Below are positions 9,137 through 17,511 of a stretch of 36,957 nt of DNA, piece by piece. Within the stretch, counting starts at the first letter, position 1. Each line of letters starts with the position of its first letter. Under the pieces are notes generated by a model. The model was not told where the DNA came from, made no database searches, and saw only the letters and a program-made list of their open reading frames with translations. Source of the DNA: Pseudomonadota bacterium (GTDB taxonomy: Bacteria > Pseudomonadota > Alphaproteobacteria > Rhizobiales > Hyphomicrobiaceae); contig JBCBWG010000001.1 of the NCBI GenBank assembly GCA_039817205.1, forward strand, positions 1 to 36,957. Direction: 5' to 3'. The translations under genes were made by a program, and so were the position numbers.

Positions 9137-10299
9137 TATTCAGCCGCCTCTGGCCTGGTCCCGGTCAACGACGCCGACGCCTCCTTCGGCCGCCCCGAAC
9201 GACGGACGCGCTGCCAGAGCTCAACGGCTGTGCCCACGATGCCTTTCGGCAGGAACAGGGTCGAGATGATGAACATGCCGCCGAGGACAAACAGCCAATA
9301 CGGCGCCAACAAGCCGGTCGTGAAAAAGGTCTTCGCGTAGTTGACGACAACCGCCCCGAGCGCGGCTCCAGAGAGTGTGCCGCGGCCACCGATGGCAACC
9401 CAGATCACTGCCTCGATCGAGTTGGCCGGCGCAAACTCGGATGGGTTGATGATGCCGACCTGCGGAACGTACAGCGCGCCTGCAATGCCTGCGAGACACG
9501 CAGACAGGACGAACGCGAAGAGCTTGTAGTTCTCAACACGATACCCGATGAAGCGGGCTCGGCTTTCGGCATCACGGATCGAGACGAGCACCTTGCCGTA
9601 CGTCGATGTCACGACCAGCCGACAGATGACATACGTCAACGCGAGTGTCGCAACAGTCATCACGAAGAGCGAGTTACGGGTCGTCTGCGCCTGGATGTCG
9701 AAGCCAAGGATGTCTTTGAAGTCGGTGAGCCCGTTGTTGCCGCCAAATCCCATTTCGTTGCGGAAGAACGCGAGCATCAGAGCGTACGTCATCGCCTGCG
9801 TGATGATCGACAGATAGACACCCGTGACGCGTGAACGAAAGGCGAGCCATCCAAACACGAACGCCAGCGCGCCGGGCACAGCAACGATCATCAAAGCTGC
9901 AAACCAGAACTGGTCGAAGCCATACCAGAACCAGGGCAGGTCCTTCCAGTTCAGGAAGACCATGAAGTCTGGCAGGATCGGGTCAGCATGGACGCCGCGC
10001 GTTCCGATCTGGCGCATCAGATACATGCCCATCGCGTAACCACCGAGCGCGAAGAATGCGGCGTGGCCGAGCGAGAGAATACCGCAGTAGCCCCAGACGA
10101 GATCGAGCGCGACCGCCAAGATCGCAAAGCACAGATACTTGCCCAGAAGCGAGACGATGTGCGTCGGCACGTGCAACGCGTGATCGGTGGGCAGCGACAT
10201 GTTCGAGAGCGGCACACAGATCGCGACCAGCAGCAGGATGCTTAGAAAGATCCGACTCCCGGTGTCTGAAAGGTGCGTAAAGAAGCTCCGCATGATCAT
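9136..10299 (-). CDS. urtC: Urea ABC transporter permease UrtC
   Basis: LivM-like polytopic membrane protein. The ATG at 10299 forms an ATGA overlap with the urtB stop. The longer ORF-track start lies inside urtB. Confidence 0.9.
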   Translation of the reverse strand: MIMRSFFTHLSDTGSRIFLSILLLVAICVPLSNMSLPTDHALHVPTHIVSLLGKYLCFAILAVALDLVWGYCGILSLGHAAFFALGGYAMGMYLMRQIGTRGVHADPILPDFMVFLNWKDLPWFWYGFDQFWFAALMIVAVPGALAFVFGWLAFRSRVTGVYLSIITQAMTYALMLAFFRNEMGFGGNNGLTDFKDILGFDIQAQTTRNSLFVMTVATLALTYVICRLVVTSTYGKVLVSIRDAESRARFIGYRVENYKLFAFVLSACLAGIAGALYVPQVGIINPSEFAPANSIEAVIWVAIGGRGTLSGAALGAVVVNYAKTFFTTGLLAPYWLFVLGGMFIISTLFLPKGIVGTAVELWQRVRRSGRPKEASASLTGTRPEAAE

Positions 10300-11945
10300 T
10301 GCTCGACCGCCCGCCCTTTGAGTGCAAAGAGCCCGCGCGGACGCTTCTGAATAAAGAGGATGAGCGCAACGAGCACTGCAATCTTCGCAAGCACCGCTCC
10401 AGCCCAAGGTTCGAGCAACTTGTTCGTGATGCCGAGTGCGAACGCTGAGACGAGCGTGCCCCAGAGGTTTCCGACACCGCCAAAGACGACAACCATGAAG
10501 CTATCGATGATATAGTTGGTGCCAAGGTTTGGTGACACGTTGTCGATCTGGCTGAGCGCCACGCCAGCGATCCCGGCGACGCCAGAGCCAAGGCCAAACG
10601 TCATCGCATCGACGTAGCCCGTGCGAATGCCCATGGACGCGGCCATCCGACGGTTCTGCGTCACGGCGCGCATCTGCAGCCCGAGCGTCGTGTAGCGCAG
10701 GATCGCAAGCAGCAGAAAAAAAACGACCAGCGTGAAAACGATGATCCAGAGCCGGTTGTACGTTATCGCCAAGCCCCAGAGCTCAAAGCCGCCCTGCATG
10801 TACGACGGCGCGCTTACGTCACGGTTGGTCGGGCCAAACATCGTGCGGACCGTTTGCTGCAGGATCAGGCCGATGCCCCACGTTGCGAGCAACGTCTCAA
10901 GGGGCCGTGTGTAGAGGAACTGGATGACGCCACGTTCGATCGCAACGCCGACGGCACCGGCCACGAGAAAGGCGGCTGGGACCGCAACTAAGAGTGACAG
11001 ATCAAACGCGCCGGGCGCGTAGGCGCGAAAGACTTCCTGGATCGCAAACGTCGTGTAGGCGCCGATCATCACCATTTCGCCGTGCGCCATGTTGATGACG
11101 CCCATGACGCCGAAGGTGATTGCGAGCCCGATCGCTGCCAACAATAGGACCGAGCCGAGGGATAAGCCGTACCAGACATTCTGGACTTGCCGGATTGCGG
11201 CCAGACGCGATTCAATTGCGCCAATCGCATCCTCGCGGGCCGCGGTGACGCCGACATCGTCGGAGCTTACATTGCTGCGCAGGATCGCAATCGCCGTTTG
11301 ATCGCCGCGCGATCTGAGAACCTTAATGGCGGCGATTTGATCGGCGACGGGCCGCTTGCCGTCTTTCAGGACGAGGCCAGCGCGCACCTCGGAAAAAACC
11401 TGCTTCGCCCGAGGATCGGTTTCCGTCACCACAAGCTTGTCGAGCGCGGGCAGCGCGGACGTGTCGGAGGCTCGCAGCAGAGCCTCAGCGGCAGCGATCC
11501 GTCTTGCGGGCTCAGGCGAGCTGAGCTGCAAAGTCCCGATTGCGGCTTTGATGATATTGCGAAGGCGATTGTTGACGCGAACCGACTTCCACCCCTTCGG
11601 ACGTTGGGCCAGTTCTGCACCGGTCATCAGGTCAAAGTGCTGGCGGCCATCGCGAAATGCGGCAGCTGTTCCGTCTTCGTTGACATAGACGCGGCGTCGG
11701 GAGAGCGCGCGCAGCGCTGGCGCAGCATGGCCGATACCGGAGCGCGCGAGCGTTTCGATGCCTTGGATTGTGTCGCCGAAAGATCGCTTCGCGAACAATG
11801 CGATCGCTCTTGCGACTTCGGCTTTTTGCGCCTCTGTCGGCTCGGCTGCGATCGCCGACTGAGTGGCACCGATTGAAAAGGTGAGAACCGCGACGAACGC
11901 AAAAGCGGCAGCAACCGTTTGTTGTAATCCGCGCATGGTCCCCAT
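10296..11945 (-). CDS. urtB: Urea ABC transporter permease UrtB (long form with about 240 aa N-terminal extracytoplasmic helical domain)
   Basis: Signal-like N-terminus, then an Ala-rich helical domain, then a LivH-like transmembrane (TM) core starting around WYGLSLGSVLLLAAIGLAITFG. Confidence 0.9.
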   Translation of the reverse strand: MGTMRGLQQTVAAAFAFVAVLTFSIGATQSAIAAEPTEAQKAEVARAIALFAKRSFGDTIQGIETLARSGIGHAAPALRALSRRRVYVNEDGTAAAFRDGRQHFDLMTGAELAQRPKGWKSVRVNNRLRNIIKAAIGTLQLSSPEPARRIAAAEALLRASDTSALPALDKLVVTETDPRAKQVFSEVRAGLVLKDGKRPVADQIAAIKVLRSRGDQTAIAILRSNVSSDDVGVTAAREDAIGAIESRLAAIRQVQNVWYGLSLGSVLLLAAIGLAITFGVMGVINMAHGEMVMIGAYTTFAIQEVFRAYAPGAFDLSLLVAVPAAFLVAGAVGVAIERGVIQFLYTRPLETLLATWGIGLILQQTVRTMFGPTNRDVSAPSYMQGGFELWGLAITYNRLWIIVFTLVVFFLLLAILRYTTLGLQMRAVTQNRRMAASMGIRTGYVDAMTFGLGSGVAGIAGVALSQIDNVSPNLGTNYIIDSFMVVVFGGVGNLWGTLVSAFALGITNKLLEPWAGAVLAKIAVLVALILFIQKRPRGLFALKGRAVEQ

Positions 11946-11977
11946 TCGTCTTCGTGCCGACGCGTCCGCATCGTCTC

Positions 11978-12024
11978 AAGAAAAAGCGTCTGCGCGAGGT
12001 TCACCGAATGTCCCCGCGCAGACG
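11978..12024 (-). terminator. Intrinsic terminator/attenuator-like hairpin between urtA and urtB
   Basis: The minus strand has a 10-bp perfect stem (CGTCTGCGCG, 18-nt loop, CGCGCAGACG) followed by CTTTTTCTT. Confidence 0.55.
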
Positions 12025-12030
12025 AGAAGC

Positions 12031-12062
12031 TAAAAATTGGCGAGGCCGAACGGCATGGCCTC
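12031..12062 (-). terminator. Weaker stem-loop just after the urtA stop
   Basis: The minus strand has GAGGCC, a 9-nt loop and GGCCTC, then GCCAATTTTTA. The stem is only 6 bp. Confidence 0.3.
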
Positions 12063-12103
12063 TAGCCCCGCGTCCGACCCACACCGAGGTCAAATGCAGC
12101 GTG

Positions 12104-13396
12104 TCAGGCGCCGCCGCATTTACCGGTCTTTGCGTTAAAGTTCCCGCACTTCTTGCCCGGCCAATCCGACACGAGGTCTTTAGAACCCGGCAGGAAGTCT
12201 GACCACGCATCGCCTGGGACCAGACCATCGGTCTTGCTGACGACGTCAAACTGGCCGTCTTCCAGGATTTCGCCGATCAGAACTGGCTTCGTGATGTGGT
12301 GGTTCGGAAGCATCTTGGATGTGCCGCCGGTGAGGTTCGGAACTTCCGTTCCGGGCAGAGCTGCGATTATTTTATCCGGCTCAATAGACCCCGCCTTCTC
12401 AGCTGCTTTCACCCACATGTTGAAGCCAACGTAGTGGGCCTCCATCGGATCGTTCGTGACGCGCTTCGGATCCTTGATGAAGGACTTCCACGTCTCGATG
12501 AACGACTTGTTCTCTGGCGTGTCGACCGACATGAAGTAATTCCACGCCGCCAGGTGGCCGACGAGATTCGACGTGTCGATGCCCGCAAGCTCTTCTTCGC
12601 CGACCGAAAAGGCGACGACGGGAATGTCGGTTGCCTCGACGCCCTGGTTCGAGAGTTCTTTGTAAAACGGAACGTTCGCGTCACCGTTGATGGTCGAAAC
12701 GACAGCCGTCTTTTTGCCAGCTGAGCCGAACTTCTTGATGTCCGCCACGATCGTCTGCCAATCGGAATGACCGAAGGGCGTGTAGTTGATCATGATGTCT
12801 TCGGCCTTGACGCCCTTCGCTTTAAGGTAGGCTTCAAGGATCTTGTTGGTCGTGCGCGGATAGACGTAGTCGGTGCCAGCGAGCACCCAGCGCTTCACCG
12901 AACCGCCTTCTTCGCTCATCAGGTAGTCGACTGCCGGAATGGCCTGCTGGTTCGGCGCAGCGCCTGTGTAGAACACGTTCCGCTCGCTCTCCTCGCCCTC
13001 ATACTGAACCGGGTAGAACAAGACCGAGTTCAGCTCCTTGAACACCGGCAGAACGGATTTGCGAGACACCGACGTCCAGCAACCAAAAACGACCGACACT
13101 TTTTTCTGCGCGATCAGTTCCCGAGCCTTCTCTGCAAAAAGCGGCCAGTTTGACGCCGGATCGACGACGACCGGCTCAAGCTTCTTGCCGAGCACGCCAC
13201 CTTTTTTATTCTGCTCTTCGATCAGCATCAGCATGACGTCTTTGAGCGTCGTCTCACTGATCGCCATCGTGCCCGACAGCGAGTGCAGAATGCCGACCTT
13301 GATCGTTTCTTCTGCCGCTGCGGGCGCGCTGACCCCCATGGCCATCGACATGCTGAGCGCAGCCGACGCCAATAGCGATCTTCGTGAAATTGCCAT
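12104..13396 (-). CDS. urtA: Urea ABC transporter substrate-binding protein UrtA
   Basis: From the ATG at 13396 the product begins MAISRRSLLASAALSMSMAMGVSAPAAAEETIKVGILHSLSGTMA, a signal peptide plus the UrtA/LivK-type N-terminus. A GGAG SD motif lies upstream. Confidence 0.9.
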   Translation of the reverse strand: MAISRRSLLASAALSMSMAMGVSAPAAAEETIKVGILHSLSGTMAISETTLKDVMLMLIEEQNKKGGVLGKKLEPVVVDPASNWPLFAEKARELIAQKKVSVVFGCWTSVSRKSVLPVFKELNSVLFYPVQYEGEESERNVFYTGAAPNQQAIPAVDYLMSEEGGSVKRWVLAGTDYVYPRTTNKILEAYLKAKGVKAEDIMINYTPFGHSDWQTIVADIKKFGSAGKKTAVVSTINGDANVPFYKELSNQGVEATDIPVVAFSVGEEELAGIDTSNLVGHLAAWNYFMSVDTPENKSFIETWKSFIKDPKRVTNDPMEAHYVGFNMWVKAAEKAGSIEPDKIIAALPGTEVPNLTGGTSKMLPNHHITKPVLIGEILEDGQFDVVSKTDGLVPGDAWSDFLPGSKDLVSDWPGKKCGNFNAKTGKCGGA

Positions 13397-13438
13397 TCGA
13401 AACTCCAGGCGAGGTTGTTTGCACCGGTTAACAAAAGG

Positions 13439-13452
13439 CAAACGCCGTGCCA
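13439..13452 (-). promoter_or_regulatory. Sigma-54 (-24/-12) type promoter upstream of urtA
   Basis: The minus strand reads CTGGCACGGCGTTTGCC, which is TGGCAC-N5-TTGC with correct GG/GC spacing. It lies 41 nt upstream of the urtA ATG. Confidence 0.55.
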
Positions 13453-13681
13453 GTCCGTGACGACGGGGCAAAAAAATGTTAAGACATTGGAACCTATAAG
13501 CTTTCTGGCGGCGCCCGCCAGCGTCACAATTCTCGACCATGCCCGCGATGCTCGCATTATAGGCACAAATTTGCTGAAATTTCGCGCAATCGTCAAAGAT
13601 GATGAAAAGTTAGACCTTGCAAGCGGCTGCGAAGATGCGGGCTCCCGGTTGCTGGTCCTCGATCAACGGAACAAACGAGAT

Positions 13682-14824
13682 TTAACGATTGGGTCGCTGG
13701 AAGATCGTGCCGAAAATTTGCCCGCCCATGAGATAAGTCAGACCGAGCCAGACGCCAAAGCACATGGATGCAAGCACGATCGGCGCTGACACCATCAAAA
13801 GCGATGCTGCCGACAAACCCTGCCCGATCGTGCAACCGCCCGCATAAACGCCGCCTGCGCCCATCAGGCTCGCGCCAACGATATGGCGGCGCATCTCGGT
13901 GGCGTCGTCGGCACCGTCCCACTGAAACTCACCCTTGAGCGTCGCGCCAATGAATGCGCCGACAACAACGCCAAAAACAGCGGCCACCCCGAAGCCAAGC
14001 TCAGCACGTGTCATGGTCATCAGGTAGAGAAGTGTTTGCCCGAGGGGGTAGGCGAACGAGTGCGAGACGACGGGCACTGGTTCGAACTCATCTTGAGCAG
14101 CCCAACCCGTCCCGATCCAACCGGCGACGATCGCAACGGCAACTGCGGCGCCCCCGACAAGCAAGCGCGGCGAACCGCGAAAAGCGCGATCGCTCAGGCA
14201 CCAACAGACCAGTGCGCCCCCGACACCGAGGGAGAGATAGAGTGCACCGCGGCCTTGAACCGCGAAGAGGTCGGCGAGCGATCGCCAAGCCACAGCTGCC
14301 CCGAGGCCAGCCGGGTCAATCGCAAACACGCGCAAGCTTGCGAGCGGCCCCGCCACCGCCATGTAGGCCGACAGCGCAATAAAAAAGAAGCCAAACAGCG
14401 CGCGAAGATCACCGCCGCCAACGCGCGCGAGCGTGCCGTAAGCGCAGGTGCCGCAGAGCGCCATGCCGACGCCGAACATGACGCCGCCAACAATCCACGC
14501 CAGCGGGTTGAGATCCATTCGCTGATAAAGCGCTCCTGAAAAATCGACGCTGCCCGTCGCGCGTAGGATCGCAACCGCGATGATCGACAGGCCCAGCGCA
14601 AACAACCACATATGCAGTCGGCGTCGGTCACGGCTGAACAACGCATCTTCGATTGCAGCAAGCGTGCAGAACCGGACAAGGCGCGCCGCGAGGCCGAGAA
14701 GCAGGCCTCCGCCGAAGCCGAAGGTTGCGCTAATCGCGCCGGGAGTGAGACTGAAGTCCAAAGGTCCTTCGCTCCGGGTCCTTGGCTGACCGGCATGCTG
14801 AGACGGCGGGATGTTTTGCGCCAA
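13682..14824 (-). CDS. soxT: YeeE/YedE-family sulfur-compound (thiosulfate) permease, SoxT-like
   Basis: Polytopic Gly-rich membrane protein with three Cys-containing motifs (RFCTL, LCGTCAYG, GGCTIGQG). It lies downstream of soxS-soxR, as in described soxSRT clusters. The start (TTG at 14824) is uncertain, and an in-frame TTG 21 codons later is also possible. Confidence 0.8.
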   Translation of the reverse strand: MAQNIPPSQHAGQPRTRSEGPLDFSLTPGAISATFGFGGGLLLGLAARLVRFCTLAAIEDALFSRDRRRLHMWLFALGLSIIAVAILRATGSVDFSGALYQRMDLNPLAWIVGGVMFGVGMALCGTCAYGTLARVGGGDLRALFGFFFIALSAYMAVAGPLASLRVFAIDPAGLGAAVAWRSLADLFAVQGRGALYLSLGVGGALVCWCLSDRAFRGSPRLLVGGAAVAVAIVAGWIGTGWAAQDEFEPVPVVSHSFAYPLGQTLLYLMTMTRAELGFGVAAVFGVVVGAFIGATLKGEFQWDGADDATEMRRHIVGASLMGAGGVYAGGCTIGQGLSAASLLMVSAPIVLASMCFGVWLGLTYLMGGQIFGTIFQRPNR

Positions 14825-14855
14825 AACCCAACAGGTCGGAATGGGAGGGCATCAC

Positions 14856-15224
14856 TCAACGGTCGCCAGATCCAGCATTTGGATCGCCGCCCTCATCACG
14901 GCAAAACAGATCGTAAACGACATCCATGATCTGGCGCGCCCGTTCATCGGCGATGCTGTAGTAGATCGCCTTCCCGTCTCGCCGGGCGCTGATGATTTCC
15001 TCGCTCCGGAGACGCGCCAACTGTTGCGAGACGGCCGGCTGTCGCATGGACAGAAACTCCTCAAGCTCAGTCACCGACTTCTCGCCATGGGCCAAGTAAC
15101 AGAGGATCATCAGCCGCCCCTCGTGGCCGAGCGCCTTGAGCATCGCGGTCGCAGCCTTCGCCTTGCCCGACATGTCGTCGAGCGTGTCTTCATCAGCAAA
15201 GACGGTTGAGTTTGGAACGGGCAC
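14856..15224 (-). CDS. soxR: ArsR/SmtB-family repressor SoxR
   Basis: Winged helix-turn-helix (wHTH) motifs LKALGHEGRLMILCYL...SVTELEEFLSMRQPAVSQQLARLR. GTG start preceded by AAGGA. Position between soxS and soxT. Confidence 0.85.
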   Translation of the reverse strand: MPVPNSTVFADEDTLDDMSGKAKAATAMLKALGHEGRLMILCYLAHGEKSVTELEEFLSMRQPAVSQQLARLRSEEIISARRDGKAIYYSIADERARQIMDVVYDLFCRDEGGDPNAGSGDR

Positions 15225-15339
15225 GTTTCGGTCCTTATTTCATCGGTCTTTCGGCGATCGCGGATCTTCACGGTCCAGCGACGCGCGCGAACAGCCGTTC
15301 TTGGGCAGTCGACCACACATAGGCTCAGCTGCCATCGCA

Positions 15340-15849
15340 TCAGTTGGTGTTGGGTTTGGTCACGCAAGGCTCGGTCAAGCGCGCCAGAAGTTGGTTCAGC
15401 AGGGGATAGAAGAACTCCTCGCCTGGATAGCCACGGATACGCCCCAACTCGCGACCATCCTCAATCAGGACAAAGGTTGGCGTGTAGTTGCCCGTTGTCA
15501 GCCATTTCAAATCGCTCGGCAGACGGTCATGGATGTCGACGCGCCTCAGGGGTGCGCACTGACCTTCAGGCGTTCGCCCATAGGCGGCGCCGATCTCTTC
15601 GTCCCAGCGCTCACACCAAGGACACCCGTCTTCCTCAAGCATCAAAAGAAAGACACCAGCACGGGTTTTTGGAGGCTCAGACGCATCGGCGCTTCCCGGC
15701 CATGCGATGAGCGCCGTGATGAGGCTCAGCGCTCCAAAGACGAGCGCAAGAGTGACAACCGCTTTGCCAAGCCACTCCCGACGCAGGGCCTCCATAAAAT
15801 GGCCAAGCGGCGCGCGTCTTCGGGTCTTCTGGCGTGCCATTCGCATCAC
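15340..15849 (-). CDS. soxS: Periplasmic thioredoxin-like protein SoxS
   Basis: Signal anchor plus a CPWC redox motif (EEDGCPWCERWDEE). Divergent from soxV. Confidence 0.85.
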   Translation of the reverse strand: MMRMARQKTRRRAPLGHFMEALRREWLGKAVVTLALVFGALSLITALIAWPGSADASEPPKTRAGVFLLMLEEDGCPWCERWDEEIGAAYGRTPEGQCAPLRRVDIHDRLPSDLKWLTTGNYTPTFVLIEDGRELGRIRGYPGEEFFYPLLNQLLARLTEPCVTKPNTN

Positions 15850-15880
15850 TCGACGTCCGGCTAAGTTGGCGTTGAAGTCC

Positions 15881-15901
15881 TCATCATATACGCTTTGATG
15901 A
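15881..15901. promoter_or_regulatory. Inverted repeat in the AT-rich soxS/soxV divergent promoter region (candidate SoxR operator)
   Basis: TCATCA-N9-TGATGA lies within the only AT-rich stretch of the 87-nt intergenic region. Confidence 0.3.
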
Positions 15902-15936
15902 ATATAAAAAGACGACCTAAGTGAGGAGACGTTGGG

Positions 15937-16737
15937 GTGACGCTTGATGTGTCTTTTGCGGGTGCGTTCATCGCGGGCCTGCTCTCGTTCCTGTCACCCT
16001 GCGTGCTCCCGCTCGTCCCACCTTACCTTTGTTTTCTCGCCGGCGTCTCTTTCAGCGAGTTGTCTAACCAAGAGACATCCAATCAAGAGGCGCCGAACCA
16101 AAAGTCGCCCAACCAAAAGGCGCCCAACCAAAAGGCGGGGAGCGCCGGAGCGAACGGAACGATATTCGCGACCGCCGTTGCCTTCGTCCTGGGCTTCACA
16201 ACGGTGTTCGTGGCGCTCGGCGCAACGGCGAGCGTGATCGGCCAGGTCGTCACGGAACACCTTCAAACGCTTTCGGTGATCGCGGGGCTCGCCATCGCGA
16301 TCATGGGCCTGCACTTCCTTGGCCTCTTGCGGCTCAGCTGGCTCTACGGCTCGCGAACGATTGAAGTGAAGACCAAACCACCGGGCCTACTCGGTGGCTA
16401 TGTCGTTGGTCTGGCGTTTGCGTTTGGCTGGACGCCATGCGTCGGGCCAGTTCTGGCAGCGATCCTTTTCATGGCCGGGAGCCAAGAGACGGTCTGGAGT
16501 GGCGCGGGACTGCTGGCCGTCTATTCGCTTGGCATCGGCCTGCCATTTCTTGCGGCGGCTGCGTTCGTTGGAACGTTTCTGCATGCCGTGAAACACCTGA
16601 GATCTCGGATGTGGGTCGTCGAGAAAGCGATGGGCGGCCTGCTCGTTCTAACCGGTGTTTTGTTCATGACCGGACAGATGTCGAATATGGCGTTTTGGCT
16701 GTTGAATGCGTTTCCGTCACTCGGATCGCTCGGCTGA
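15937..16737 (+). CDS. soxV: CcdA/DsbD-like membrane thiol-disulfide electron transporter SoxV
   Basis: GTG start with a GAGGAG SD motif 8 nt upstream. Conserved LSFLSPCVLPLVP and GWTPCVGPVL motifs. Confidence 0.9.
   Translation: MTLDVSFAGAFIAGLLSFLSPCVLPLVPPYLCFLAGVSFSELSNQETSNQEAPNQKSPNQKAPNQKAGSAGANGTIFATAVAFVLGFTTVFVALGATASVIGQVVTEHLQTLSVIAGLAIAIMGLHFLGLLRLSWLYGSRTIEVKTKPPGLLGGYVVGLAFAFGWTPCVGPVLAAILFMAGSQETVWSGAGLLAVYSLGIGLPFLAAAAFVGTFLHAVKHLRSRMWVVEKAMGGLLVLTGVLFMTGQMSNMAFWLLNAFPSLGSLG
16063..16137 (+). repeat. In-frame 15-bp tandem repeat, 5 units, inside soxV
   Basis: The units are tctaaccaagagaca, tccaatcaagaggcg, ccgaaccaaaagtcg, cccaaccaaaaggcg and cccaaccaaaaggcg. The last two are identical. 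They encode SNQET-SNQEA-PNQKS-PNQKA-PNQKA. Confidence 0.9.
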
Positions 16738-16792
16738 CCAGCTTCGTTGGGATCGCCCAACGCTTTGGGCCGTACCTGGCAATAGGAGGAAA

Positions 16793-17356
16793 ATGAAGAT
16801 GCGAAAACTCTTAGCGTGCCTGTTCTTCTGCCTCGCAGCGACGTCCGCACACGCGACAACGGTCGGAGAGGATGGCCTCCATAAACAGCCGTGGTTCGCC
16901 GTCACCTTTAAAGATCTGAAAGACGATCTCGAGACGGCTCGGTCCGAGGGGAAGCGGCTCGCGATCATCATCGAGCAGCGCGGCTGCATCTATTGCAAAA
17001 AGCTGCACGAGACCGTGTTCGCTGACCCGATGATATCGGCCTACATCCAGGCGAACTTCATGGTCGTGCAGTACAATATGTTCGGTGACGAAGAGGTCAT
17101 CGATTTCGACGGCAAAACGCTTACCGAGAAGACGGCGGTTCGACGGTGGGGGCTCTTGTTCACACCAAGCATTGTGTTTCTGCCTGAGACGGTCGCTCCT
17201 GGGCAGACGGCCAAGGACGCTGCGGTCATGGTCGTGCCGGGGGCTTTCGGTCCGAAGACATCGCTGCACGCCTTTCAATGGGTCCGCGAGAAGGGCTACG
17301 CCCGCAACGAACCTTTTCAAAAATACCACGCGCGAAAGCTCGCCGCAGGCGAATAA
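16793..17356 (+). CDS. soxW: Periplasmic thioredoxin SoxW
   Basis: ATG at 16793 preceded by AGGAGGA. Signal peptide MKMRKLLACLFFCLAATSAHA. Redox motif CIYC. Confidence 0.85.
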   Translation: MKMRKLLACLFFCLAATSAHATTVGEDGLHKQPWFAVTFKDLKDDLETARSEGKRLAIIIEQRGCIYCKKLHETVFADPMISAYIQANFMVVQYNMFGDEEVIDFDGKTLTEKTAVRRWGLLFTPSIVFLPETVAPGQTAKDAAVMVVPGAFGPKTSLHAFQWVREKGYARNEPFQKYHARKLAAGE

Positions 17357-17425
17357 CACGGCACCGCGCCACTACGACCTTAGTCGGTTTGTTGCTGCAC
17401 AATCGTGTTGCGATGCAATAATATT

Positions 17426-17447
17426 CAATTATCCGAATTTATAATTG
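17426..17447. promoter_or_regulatory. Inverted repeat in the AT-rich soxW/soxX spacer (candidate second SoxR operator / soxX promoter)
   Basis: CAATTAT-N8-ATAATTG is embedded in the AT-rich stretch gcaataatattcaattatccgaatttataattg. Confidence 0.3.
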
Positions 17448-17511
17448 CGTGGAGGAGATGTCGCACCTAGGGTCACAGTGCCGCAGACGGCAAGCTATCG
17501 TTCTGGCACCG

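Noticed and set aside
13505-13521. Palindrome CTGGCGG-cgc-CCGCCAG downstream of soxT, considered as a terminator
   Set aside because: The stem is only 7 bp with a 3-nt loop, and no T-tract follows it on either strand. It may be a protein site, but I cannot support a call.
13397-13681. NtrC enhancer upstream of the sigma-54-like promoter
   Set aside because: Only loose GCA...GTGC fragments occur (around 13562-13575). None matches TGCACC-N5-GGTGCA spacing, so no site is reported.
15136-15864. 242-aa plus-strand ORF
   Set aside because: It is antisense to soxR and soxS, both of which have clear wHTH and CPWC motifs.
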